Positions 36,328-48,908 of a DNA stretch of 64,000 nt are shown here, one piece after another. Both the position numbers and the translations under genes were made by a program. A model generated the notes under the pieces. It saw only the letters and a list, made by a program, of their open reading frames with translations. It searched no databases and was not told the origin of the DNA. Position 1 is the stretch's first letter, and each line of letters opens with the position of its first letter. The DNA comes from Octopus sinensis (lineage: Eukaryota): positions 15,686,001 through 15,750,000 of the forward strand of contig NC_043000.1 of the NCBI RefSeq assembly GCF_006345805.1, written 5' to 3'.

Positions 36328-36722
36328 TCTTTATATATAAAACTGTCGTTGTGTGAGTGTCTGTCCCCTTCAATTTAGATTCCTAACTACTCCCACATTT
36401 TGCGGTGCAGTTTAACCAAAACCGGGTATCTTATAGTCGTGATTCATATCGAGTCCTTCTGGGTATTTGCGTGCGTCTACGCTGAGTCTACGATTTTAAA
36501 AATAATTTACCATCATTTTTTTCCATTTTCATGCAAATTTTTTTAAAGGGAAGTAACTCTCTAAAAATGTCTACTATGAGTCAACGATTTTAAAAAAAAT
36601 TTACCATCATATTTTTTCCATTTTTAATGCATTTTTTTGCTATTTTTTGGCTATAACTCTCTAAAAAATGCTGTATAGTTATTTCCCTTACAAACCCGAG
36701 CAACGCCGGGCGATACTGCTAG
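36328..36722 (+). mobile_element. Non-autonomous Helitron
   Basis: A|TCTTTATATATAAAA start; CCCG..CGGG hairpin at 36695-36710; CTAG|T end; internal ~48 bp duplication. Confidence 0.85.
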
Positions 36723-37006
36723 TGACAAATAAAAAAGAGATGTTAATTTTTCCCATTCTGTTGCTGTTTTGTATTTTTGTGTGGAGATCTAGAATTTGAG
36801 GATGTAGATAGTTTTTCACAGTCTATCAGTGTGATAGTGGAGTAATATATGAGCAAGGGAGTAATTAGGTCAAATATTATGACACATGGTATTCATAATA
36901 TCCGTTCTCCCTCATTTGATTCAGTCTTGTTAGCTTGTTTTTTTGTTTTGTTTTTTATCAAAACAGCTTCATTTATTAATGAAGCTATTTTATTTATATT
37001 ATAGTG

Positions 37007-37207
37007 CAGTGGTTTTCAACCAGGGTTCCGCCTGTACAGTTCAGGGGTTCCGCAAGAAGTTACAAAACTGCAAAAATCAGCAGTAATTTTTAAGTCTCCT
37101 GTGCAGATATGTGTGCATAAGACTATTAAATTATTGCACAGGGGTTCCTCGAGCCAGTGGAATGTTTCCTTGGGGTTCCGCTCCAGCAAAAAGTTTGAAA
37201 AGCACTG
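37007..37207. mobile_element. hAT MITE with perfect 8 bp TSD
   Basis: TIR CAGTGGTTTTCAA/TTGAAAAGCACTG; TTATAGTG at 36999-37006 and 37208-37215. Confidence 0.92.
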
Positions 37208-37229
37208 TTATAGTGTATGGCTTTAATGG

Positions 37230-38400
37230 TAACTGCAATCCCCTTTTTCCTGTTCCTGCATTTTCCAAGATGTTTTCTGAAAACTATGCATGTTTGTTGA
37301 GAGATTCTTTGATTCAGATATGTTATGCTTAAACTATGCTGCTCATGTAATATTTGGTGCAGTTGGTACACTGATTATAATATACAGCATAAGTATGCAG
37401 GCACATGTCTATGTTGTGCATGAAGCAACTGACCAGCCTACATAGGTTTCGATTGTGTAGCAGCTGTTTCTTGGGTATCAAATCATAAAGGCAACTGATA
37501 GCTTTTGGAATTGTATAGGATCAATGGCCCAGTCTTCTGTTTTGCTGCATCTGTGTTGAATACATATTCTATGATCCCAACCTTAGACTGAAAGAGCAGG
37601 CTGATCTGTAGTGGACAAACAGATCTCTTCAGGAACCTTTTTTGTAGAATTTAGTAAGGTTAGCCCCTTTCTTTGTAATTTTCAATTGGAGGTCAAGTAA
37701 AAGAAGGGATCCAGTGTCACTGGGATGTTCAATACTGAATCCTGTGTGGTCACCCATGCTTGCAAGCATTTCAAATACTAAGTTAGTTTCTTTACAAGAT
37801 GTAAAGATGAATACATCATCCACATATCTGGCAAAAAAGTCATCAGTAACAAGTGTTGAGCATTCGGTATTCCAACTAGTTCATATATGTTATGAGTACT
37901 AGGTCCAGCAGACTGGGTTTGATTGATAGGCCTCACATCTGTTTGTAGGTTTGGTTGAGGAAATTGAAGTTAAGTGTTGTCTACAATGACAGGCACAAGT
38001 TGACAATTGTGACAGGTGGTGAGATTGAAACAGCAGTGATTAGAGGAGAGATTCAGTTGGTGACGCCAACAGCTGGGAGAATGAATACTGAAAGGGAGAG
38101 AGAGAGAGAGAGAGAGAGAGACTCAGAGACAGAGAGGGAGAGAGGTAATGAAGGCATACTTGTACTCTAGTTTTGGGATTCAAGTTGATTGTCTTTGCGT
38201 GACTTAGAGCTGCTACTGTGTTCAAAAAAAGATTTGGAGTGTTGGTTTTGAGATCTGAGAGAGGAGCCAGGAAATTTTGTTTAAAGGTCCTTCAAAGATA
38301 GAGACAATGGGTTTGATTTTAAATTCAGGCCCCTAGTTTGTGTTTTGATGACATATTGGAAGTCTGTTATTTCTAGTGGCAAGACTCCCTACACTTGGGT
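37230..38400 (-). pseudogene. Decayed Penelope-like element: RT plus GIY-YIG endonuclease
   Basis: KPIVSIFEGPLNKISWLL (~38300), FNFLNQTYKQM*GL, FARYVDDVFIF (YVDD at 37826-37815), LLDLQL..FYKK, LFVHYRSA, VYYNQCTNCTKYY..IKE (~37350); stops, frameshifts and an (AG)n insert. Confidence 0.88.
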
Positions 38401-41309
38401 GGAAGTCTTTAGTAGTTGCAAATATCCTTCAACATCAGGTAATGTGGAGTAATTTCTATGATTGCAATTTAATATATTAAAATACAATTAATTTTTTTTT
38501 AAATCAGTTATAATTCAGTAGTTATGTATCAGATTTTTAAATGCTGATTATCATTGGCTGCTGTTGAGTCGTAGAGTAGGTATAATTATATGTTTAAATG
38601 GTCAAGTAGTAATTAATGTGTAAATTTTAAACTATTCAGTGGGGTTTTTTTTTTTTTGTAAAAGAACAATTATAGGAAGAAAATTCTATTCTGTATATAT
38701 CTCTATATGCAATTATTCTAAAAAAATAAACCCAGAAGAATTAAATAATGAAATTCTCATGAATACATGAACTACAGAATATACTCAATTGAATATAAGG
38801 TATTATGCTGCTAAGCTAGTATTGAATTATCTTTGAATGTTCTTCAGATATAATTACGCTGATAATATCTAATATTAAATTGATTTGCCGTTAATTCTAT
38901 AATATCTACGCTATTCTGATTAATGTTAGATGTGGAAGTGACTGCATAAATAAATGATTTTTCTAGACAGTTGCTATTGGCTGGACATGTTGCGAATGGC
39001 AATTCCATTTGGTGTGTTATGGTTTTTTGAGGTGCCGAGGCATATTCTTTGAGAGCAATACAAGGAGCATAATCAAAGCAGGTAGCCTTAGTGGGTTTAA
39101 GCAACTAGAGGTAGTTCCATATAATCCATGTATACATCTGATGGTGAGCCTGGTGGTTTGGAAAGGGATAATTTTGGAGGATTTTATCAATGGGAATATT
39201 GCTAATAGAGACCTCATGGTTGAGAAGTAGAAGAGAGGATTCTGAAAGCCATGGAGATCCTTTTGACAAAGGATGTAAAGGGGCAACTGTAATTTGAGAG
39301 ACAGAAATTACTTGCTGTTATTCAGTTATTACATTCTCATTTTCCCTCAGGAGGTTATAACACTAGAATTGTTGAAATGTATATACTACTACTACTAATT
39401 AGAAGTGACAGCTCAGCCTACCGTGAGCTATGGTTTGTAAGCAAACCACCTAAATGGTTGCAAGAATCTTTGTTAGAAGCAAAAATGCATCTCTAATTAA
39501 CTGTAACCCATGTATATATATATACCCTACAGACGCAGTGTACTGAAGGAAATCATTAATGGTGGTAGTGGTGATGGGGATATTGACAGAAGCAAGTGTT
39601 TATTTCTTAGCTATTGTCTCTCGTCTCATTTAAGAAAATCAATTAGGCCGTCTTTCTTAGATATTCTTCCTAAGAGCATCATCATAAAATATGTTTCATC
39701 CTTGCCTCAAAAATGAAAGACATAGCTGCTGGCAAGAAATTATATGCTTTAAGTAGCTCTAGTTAATTATGTATCCACATTTGAAGATGTGTTTTCTTTA
39801 ATAATCTTAATAGTCTGTCTAAAGTACCTTTTAAGAATGTCTTTTCTGAGAGTAGCTAGTGAAAGGATGTTTTGTTTTTCATTGTCTACATGTGAAAACA
39901 TTCAATAATATCCTACAGAAAGACTTACTCAACATTACTTGCAACATTTTCCTAAACTGTGATATATAATCAAGTCTTTGGAATGTAAATAACTTCTCTT
40001 ACTAATCGTAAACTGTCTTGCTATTCAAAGATTCTCTACTATATTGTATTCTGATATTGAATTTATTTAATTTACAATTTTCAGATCAGGTTATTAAAGC
40101 TTGCTGTCAGACCTGTTTACTCTCTGACAATTACTCTAAGATGCCTTAATGCATAGCAGTTAAGCCAGTCAATTATGGATCCTACCCCTGACTTGGTATC
40201 TGCTGATGACAAAAGCAAGAAGTAAGACTGCTCATTGTTTTATTATTAGTATTCGTGTTTTTCTTGTTCAATATTCTTTATTCTTTTACTCTTTTATTGG
40301 TTTAAATCTTTGAAACATGGGCATACTGGGGCACCACTTCAAGGGCCTTCAGTTGATTATATCACCCCCAGTAACTAAGTATGGCACTTATTTTATCAAC
40401 CTCTATTTATCGATTGGCTAAGTTTTCCTTGACATGAAGGGAAGAAGCTCCCTGCCTAAATACCAAAAGGTATTTTTCTTCAATACACACAAACACATTC
40501 ACACACATACTCAAACGTGCATGTGCACACATACACAAATGTGCATGTGGACACATACACACCATAATCATGGCTGGCTTCTACACAGTTCCCATTATTA
40601 GTCAACCTAAGGTTATAGTAGAACGCATATGCCCAAACCTCTAAACTTCAATGCCATGCTTGTTTAGTTTTTTTCTTGTCTTGTTGTATATTGTTTAATG
40701 TTTCTTTGAGTTGTATTTGTTTTGTTGGTACTTTTTTTTAAAGGGCTAGTTAGAATAATGTACTTTTTGTTTCTTTCTGTCTATATTTACTGTTGAGAGA
40801 AATATTCTTAGTTCTTTATAATATCCGCACAATATTTGATTGGTATTCTTTAGCTACAGACTAAATATTTCAAATTTAATCTCTTAAAATCCTATAACTT
40901 TGATTATTTTCATCTAAAAATACTATTCAGTTAGGTTAGATAAGCTAAATATGTTGAAGTGAATTCTTGCTTTGTATTTTAGTATATTTCCTATAAGTTT
41001 AGTGAAAAGACTGTAAGAGAACTTATATTGATGGAACATTTATAAAAATATCAATTGTTAAAAAATAGTTGTTTTATGAGAAAACTGAATGCATTAGAAC
41101 GTCTGTCAAGTTTTTTTGGTAGTGATAAATTGTAGAATTTTGATTTTTATCAATGTGTTTTTGTTATTTAATTAATTTGATTTTTGTACCACCTGCCTGA
41201 AAATCAAATAAAACCTCCTAAGGTTTGCCTCTCTATTTAAAATGTATTTGATAAACATACTATAAAAATTGCTTTTATTTCAATTTAGATAAAAAATAAA
41301 ATAATAATG

Positions 41310-41705
41310 TCGTCATCATTGTCTTAACGTCCACTTTTCTATGCTTACCTGGAGCAGGCAGATTTCGTTGAGGCACAGTTTCTATAGCTTTATGCCATTC
41401 CTGTTACCAGCTTTCACCTGTGTCTGAACAGGGTGATATTTTCCCAATATTAAACGTACCTTCGTGGAGAATTAGAAAAAAAAAATGACACCACTTAAAT
41501 GGTGATGCTCATTTTCAACCATCATGCAATATCAAAACAAGGAAACACACACACACAACAGGCTTGTTTCAGTTTCTGTCTCTCAAATCCACTTACAAGG
41601 TTTTGATCAGCCCAGAGCCATAATAGAAGACCAAAGAACCATGTAGTAGGGCTGAACCCAAAACCAATGTTTGAGAAGCAAACTTCTTAACCACACAGCT
41701 ATGCC
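41310..41705 (-). mobile_element. SINE family F
   Basis: AACGTCCACTTTTCTATGC tail; B-type head. Confidence 0.7.
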
Positions 41706-43799
41706 TACTCACATGGAGTAATACTGAAAAATAAAACACTAATTTCTGTTTCACTCTTATTTTTAATTAAAGAAGGTAACTCATACCACTTGCCAAGTAA
41801 CAATTGATTGCTTAGCTTCATTCACACTGAAGTAGTTACCTTTCTGTTGTCAACATTTCTAAAGGATTATTAATTGCTCTTGCTAAATCCAGATCTTCTA
41901 ACTCATCAGTTTTGAATGACTTTTGTAAACTTACTAAATCCTATTTGTTATTAGTCTGATGGCTTACATTTTTGTTGCCTCATATTGTTTTTAACAAACT
42001 AGTAATTATCTTGACAAACATTACAGTCTTCTGACAGTTGTTCACCATCAACTTTAGAAGAGCTGCAATGAGATTTTTCAAAGCTATTAAGCAATGTGAA
42101 GTGAATGGCTTCAGCTGGGAATCAAAACCAGGCCATAGATTTGGCTTACTGAAAGCTTACTGCACTGCTGTTAGTTATAATAATTTATTTTTCAAAGATT
42201 GGCATCAAATGTCTTTTTACTTTATTCATCACATCATTAGCAGCCTTATGCTAATTACTTAACTCTCCCCTAATCTTGTTTACTGTTGTTCCTCTGAAGA
42301 TAACTGCCTGTTATAATTTACTAATTGCAGCCATAATGTTGTCATTAATATGGATGTTCAGTACTTGTGAGATGTCAGTTTAAAAATCTCTGATAATAAA
42401 CACAGCAAGCTGGTGAGTTAATGGCCAGTTAGCATTAACTGTTGCAATATTATAGCTTAAGGTTGATGTAAATTCTTGTAATCACCTACTTTATGGTAAG
42501 TACTGAATGAACCAACAAAATGAAATACAAATGTAAATGAAGAATTAAGCATCTTTCTAAGTTGAAGATTGATCGATTGATTGATTACAAAGTCCCTTAA
42601 TCTTTTGTGAGCTGTTTGGTTGGACATTAATGAGGTGTCTGAATTATTTCTATTTGGAGTTTTAAAAGTATCCAATCATCTCCTGGTTAGGATTTGAGCT
42701 GTGGGCTGTGAACTACACAAATGTTATGTCAAGCTTCAAGTCAGATGTCTCTCCTGCACTTACATTTCTCTTCTTCTTTAATTTATCTGTTCAACTTTAG
42801 TAATATTAGACAGATAAAAAAGCTAAGATAATCCAAGTACAAGTTCAACCACAAATTCCGAACTCATTATGAGCTGCAATTTTGGCTCTCTTCTGAACAG
42901 AATTGGTCAGTTAGAGGTAACTTGGCTGACAGTCATCCCGTTAGTAATTTAGATTAAATTGAATGGTTAATGAGACCCCCTCTCTCTCTCTCTCAATGAT
43001 GATGCTGACTTGTGGCTTATTTATTAGTCTAACATATCTTGACACTAATCTCATTTGAATATATCCTATGTTGCAGATGAGGCAAAGCTTAATTCATACT
43101 TCTTGTCACTAAGCCACCATCATTGACACTAACCTCTATGTATCATTTGTCACAATTGTCCTGTAATTTATTTAAACTTCTTGTCACTCACCTTCCTTAT
43201 CATTGACACATCACGCCTACTCAGATAAACTGCAAAAGGCAGTTGTATGTTATGAAACTCTACCTTTTCACATTTGTATTCATACAAGTCTCTCAGGAAA
43301 TTTGACTCTATTACTAAACTGGCACAGATGATGATGATGAATCTACCAAACTTTCACCTACGAACAAAATATCACATGTTTATAACCTACAGAGCTACTT
43401 TCTCTTTGCCTCAACAACTTGTGGTCTTACTCTGCCATACAGACTTGAAAGTCTGATGAATCTAGCTGTCTTTTCTCATTCTTCTCAATCTTTGAAAAGG
43501 AGCATTTCTACCTGAAGTACCACAACTTTTAAATGTTTTAAGGTAAAAATGTTATCATTGATCTTATATTTAATCTATCCCCAACTGATTGTATTACAAT
43601 GGCTTTTCAAATTACTATTACACACATACCGAAAACTGAGGCTTCCCTCTGACATTCACTCTAAATTTTGTGTCTTCATTTTTTCACAGCTTTTAGTCAT
43701 GGAGAAATACTATAGTTTCAAATGGATTAATGGACTTGTCTGAATATATTGAATATTATTTTCTCTAGTTTATAAATTCAAATGCATATGCCTGTATAT

Positions 43800-44145
43800 G
43801 GTCATCATCATTTTAACATTCACTTTCTAACCCTTGCTTTCTTTCCAAATTAGATAACATTTCCCCATGTCCTGACATGTTTTCACAGATGGTTGGACAC
43901 AAACAACACTGCTTGTATGACTGTGATGCTTGTTTACAACTACCATGTAATGTCAAGACAAAGAGACACAAACACACATACATGTATATACACAGCAAGC
44001 ATCTGTTTGATTTCAATCAATCACATCCACTCGCAAGGTTTTGGTCAGCTGGGGCTAGAGTAAGAGATATTTGTGCAAGGTTTCACATAATAAGACTAAA
44101 CCTGAAACCATTTAGTCGAGAAGTAAACTTCTTAACCACACACCA
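43800..44145 (-). mobile_element. SINE family F, diverged
   Basis: (CAT) tail, CTGCTTGTATGAC body, B-type head. Confidence 0.65.
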
Positions 44146-44327
44146 CCCATCCAGAATACTTACACAAATGTACATGCTCGGTCAGTGTTCATATAACTGT
44201 GTCTATGCTAGGTTAGATTATATACATTTCTATGATCAACTTATATTTAATGTAATTCTGTGTAAATAAACACACTTTCACACAGAAAACTAAAAACAAT
44301 TCTACCCTGAACCAATATATAGCATAG

Positions 44328-44377
<50 letters not shown>

Positions 44378-44984
44378 GCGTGCGTGTGATAGAGAAAGAA
44401 AGGGAAAGACTAATAGAAGGGGAAGAGAGAAATTTTTCTCTCATCAATGGCTTCAGAACCTCTTGATATTAAAAACACATACAACTTATTTGCCGCAAAT
44501 ATTTTTGCTTTGATAGAATAATAACCAACTTGTAATGTTTTTCTCAGTACTTTGTTTTGCATGTGTGTTGTTGTTTGCAGCACTGTCGATGACACTATTT
44601 TATTTTTCTAACACCACTTTTGTAATATTTGCAAAACAGAAATTTTTTTTCAACATCCTTTCCAAGCCTTGTTTCCAATGTTTGTATTTAATAAAATCTG
44701 GATTGTTTATTCATGCCAGTTTTAACAAATTCCAGTAATTATAGCCACATATGTTACTGGAGTAGTTTTTTAGTCTCCTGTTGATTGACTTCACCTGGTC
44801 AGCTGCTTTATTACTTAACTGAAAAACTGAGCACATTGACTCCCTCCTGACTAATAATTTCTATAATTTATTTCTATCAGTTTAAACACTTGGCATTTGG
44901 GAAATTATATGTTTATAGGAAACCTCTCAAGACTTCATTGTTTATAAGTGTTCCTGCTATTAACATATTATTTTATCGAGCTCT

Positions 44985-45150
44985 GAATGTTCGTGTGTTT
45001 TTATGTTCAGAGCTCAAATTCTGCCAAAGTTGACTTTACCTTTCATCCTTTTGAGGTCAATAAAATAAGTACCAGGTGAACACGGTGGGGGGGTCAATGT
45101 AATTGCCTTAACTCCGCTTCTCAAAAACTGTTGGCTCTCTGCTAAAATTT
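44985..45150 (+). mobile_element. SINE family C, partial
   Basis: TCAAATTCTGCCAAAGTTGACTTTACCTTTCATCC core. Confidence 0.7.
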
Positions 45151-45251
45151 AGGTACACACAATAAGTACTCAAGCAAGATCTAAAATCCAATGTTGAGGA
45201 AAAGGATACAGGATCAACAGAAATAAGAACTCACTCATTCATCCATCCATT

Positions 45252-45490
45252 CATCATCATTTAACATTCACTTTCCATGCTAGCATGAGTTGGACGATTT
45301 GACTGAGGACTGGCAAACCAGATGGCTGCACCAGGCACCTATCTGATCTGGCAGAGTTTCTACAGTTGGATGCCCTTCCTAAGGCCAACCACTCCGAGAG
45401 TGTAGTGGGTGCTTTTACGTGCCACCAGCACAAGGATCAGTCAGGTGGTACTGACAACAGCCACACTCAAATGGTGTTTTTTATGTGCCA
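45252..45490 (-). mobile_element. SINE family A
   Basis: Tail and core. Confidence 0.88.
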
Positions 45491-45701
45491 CTGTACATGT
45501 GAAGCTAAGGAAAGTGTAATAAAATTTTTAAATGGATAGCGAATTGTAAGGCATCAAGTTATTTATTTTGTTATACTTATGAATACCACAAAACAAAACA
45601 TGAGGGATTGTTTATAAGATAGTTACACTACTTTACTCACATTTCTTTAACATAAGGTGATTAATGGCTACATAATGCAAATTACATAGCCAAATTACAT
45701 A

Positions 45702-46108
45702 GGCGCAGGAGTGGCTGTGTGGTAAGTAGCTTGTTTAGCAACCACATGGTTCTAGGTTCAGTTTCACTTCATGGCACCTTGGGCAAGTGTCTTATACTAT
45801 AGCCTTGGGTCGACCAAAGCCTTGTGAGTGGATTTGGTAGATGGAAACTGAAAGAAGCCTGTTGTATATATGTGTGTGTGTGTGTGTCAGTGTGTATGTT
45901 TGTGTGTCTGTGTTTGTCCCCTTAGCTTTGCTTGACAACCGATACTGGTGTGTTTATGTCTCCATATCTTAGCAGTTCGGCAAAAGTGACCGATAGAATA
46001 AGTACTGGGCTCACAAAGAATAAGTGCCGGGGTCGATTTGCTCGACTAAAGGTGGTGCTCCAGCATGGCCACAGTCAAATGACTGAAACAAGTAAAAGAG
46101 TAAAAGAA
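45702..46108 (+). mobile_element. SINE family B, full length, 32 bp flanking duplication
   Basis: TAATGGCTACATAATGCAAATTACATAGCCAA at 45662-45693 and 46109-46140. Confidence 0.92.
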
Positions 46109-46239
46109 TAATGGCTACATAATGCAAATTACATAGCCAAGACTTATTGTCAAATTGTTAGAGCGGTGCAACTTTTATGCATAATATTAATAGTTTGGAA
46201 AAATGTCTTCCACATACACAGGTTTGTCCTTTCAGGAGC

Positions 46240-46510
46240 CAGTGCCACTTGACAAGCACCTGTGCCAGTACTGCATTAATGGATCCATGCCGGTGCCGTG
46301 TAAATACACCTATGCAGGTGGCACGTAAAAAGCACCTAGCACAGTCTGTTGAGTGGTTGATGTTAGGTAGGACATCCAGCCATAGAAACCATGCCCCAAC
46401 AGACAATTGGAGTCTGGACAGTTTCCCCAGCTGGCCAGCTCCATGTCAGACTGTCCGACCCATGCCAGCATAGAGAGCGGATGTTAAGCAATGATGACGA
46501 TGGTGACAGA
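46240..46510 (+). mobile_element. SINE family A, diverged
   Basis: GGCACGTAAAAAGCACC unit; CCCATGCCAGCAT..GCGGATGTTAA tail. Confidence 0.7.
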
Positions 46511-46794
46511 ATTTACCATCAAGAAGATGGCAAGTGACTGTTCTAGATTCAAATGGGGGAAAATTAACATACAATGGAATAGTAGGGGACAGACTGAAGA
46601 TAAAATGTTGCCAGAATGGCTGTTAATATAGATGTGTCAGACCATTTTCTGATTAATACTTTTATTGGGTTTTCCTATCAGTTGTTTTCTTTGATTTTAC
46701 TTAAATTTAGACAGCCATAAAACTTAGCAATGGGTAAATGGGTATATATTATCTTTCAGCTTTATGTTGTACATTTATCTCTCTGTACACTCAT

Positions 46795-46804
46795 TACTTA
46801 TATA

Positions 46805-46860
<56 letters not shown>

Positions 46861-46979
46861 GTTGATGATGATGATGATGATATATGCATAAATCTATTTA
46901 TGTTCACATATACACATACACACACATGTGCATATACATACATAAACACAGATACACATACCTATATCCTTATATATAT

Positions 46980-47055
<76 letters not shown>

Positions 47056-47200
47056 TATCATATAGATATAGATAGATAGATAATATATTATATATATATA
47101 TATATAGATAGATATATTATATATATATAGATAGATATATTATATATATATAGATAGATAGATATATTATATATATATATATAGATATATATATATATAT

Positions 47201-47260
<60 letters not shown>

Positions 47261-47300
47261 ATATAATATATATATATGTGTGTGTGTGTATATGTATATA

Positions 47301-47364
<64 letters not shown>

Positions 47365-47496
47365 GAGAGAGGGGCAATTATGCAGATGAACAAATTGAAA
47401 ATCGGAGTCTAAGTTTGAATCATTTGAGTGCTACTAAGTGTTTTCTATACCAAGAATCTCTGGATCTCCTTTGTTTTATATATATATATATATATA
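46795..47496. repeat. Compound (TA)n/(AG)n/(TG)n microsatellite field
   Basis: Dinucleotide runs with a ~23 bp higher-order repeat at 47080-47190. Confidence 0.95.
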
Positions 47497-47616
47497 GTAA
47501 TGTTTATATGCCAACATAAAGTGGCAGTCCTGTAAAGGACGATGTTACTGTTGTTTTAGCCCCTGGAGCATCATCCTTTACAGGACTGCCACTTTATGTT
47601 GGCATATAAGCATTAC
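47497..47616. repeat. Near-perfect hairpin: 48 bp arms, 24 nt loop
   Basis: Arms at 47497-47544 and 47569-47616, 2 differences. Confidence 0.95.
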
Positions 47617-47974
47617 TGTCCAGTACTGTTATTGAATTTCTCTTGCTCAGAGATTTAAAATATATATTCATTACATATATATATATAGATATATATATAT
47701 ATTATATATATATATATTATATATATATATGTATATATATATATGTATATATAAGGATTCCTGTGTCATGACTACCTCTGGCTAATTAGAGTTCACACTT
47801 GTGGAAATTCTAAAGTATGATCACCAATTTTGGGATAAGACTTGTAATTTTGCCCTTGCAAAAATCTGGATGAATTTAACAATTTGACTAAAAAGCAGCC
47901 ATTTTAGTCAAAAGGCTGCTTCTCTGCATTTTAATTAAGATCAAAGCATAGTTAACAATTTGAAAACTTCTAAT

Positions 47975-48110
47975 CACAGTGTGTGCATCGCTATAATCAC
48001 TTTTGGAGTGTGAAGTGGGACTTATCACTGTGAAATTTATGTGTGTGTGTTTGTGTTTTTTCTTTGGTCATAATAGGTATCTATTCTCTCTCTTTCTCTC
48101 TCTGTGTGTA

Positions 48111-48155
<45 letters not shown>

Positions 48156-48908
48156 CATTATAAACCCACCTACCAGCTCTTTAAAGATAATTGCAGGAGA
48201 TAATGCTGTACCATACTGTGTTTCAAAAGTTGAATGAAATTTCTTTGATCTTAGGTCAATGAAGATTGACTTGATACTAAACAATATCATTAAAGAACAA
48301 TATAATCACTGCCAACACCAACAATATCCCCTCCCCTGTGCTATCATCATCACCAGCACCAAAAGCAATACAGTGAACACCACCACCACCACTATCAATC
48401 CACCAGCTTTTGAATAACCAACTGGTAGCAATAGTATCAGCATGACAGTGATGTCTGTATCTACATATGTTATATGTCAACACAGTGTGTGCATCGCTAT
48501 AATCCCTTTTGGAGTGTGAAGTGGGACTTATCACTGTGAAATTTATGTATGTGTATATATATATATATATATATATAATCATTATAAACCCACCTACCAG
48601 CTCTTTAAAGATAATTGCAGGAGATAATGCTGTACCATACTGTGTTTCAAAAGTTGAATGAAATTTCTTTGATCTTAGGTCAATGAAGATTGACTTGATA
48701 CTAAACAATATCATTAAAGAACAATATAACCACTGCCAACACCAACAATACCCCCTCCCCTGTGCTATCATCATCACCAGCATCAAAAGTAATACAGTGA
48801 ACACCACCACCACTATCAATCCACCAGCTTTTGAATAACCAACTGGTAGCAATAGTATCAGCATGACAGTGATGTCTGTAGCTACATATGTTATATGTCA
48901 ACACAGTG
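47975..48908. repeat. Local tandem duplication (506 bp + 421 bp)
   Basis: Copies at 47975-48480 and 48481-48901; CACAGTG at all three junctions. Confidence 0.95.

Noticed and set aside
38844-39286. Overlapping 70-90 aa ORFs
   Set aside because: No recognisable motif in any frame; cannot be assigned to a gene or transposon.
48277-48864. 195 aa minus-strand ORF
   Set aside because: Crosses a TA microsatellite and the duplication junction; low complexity.
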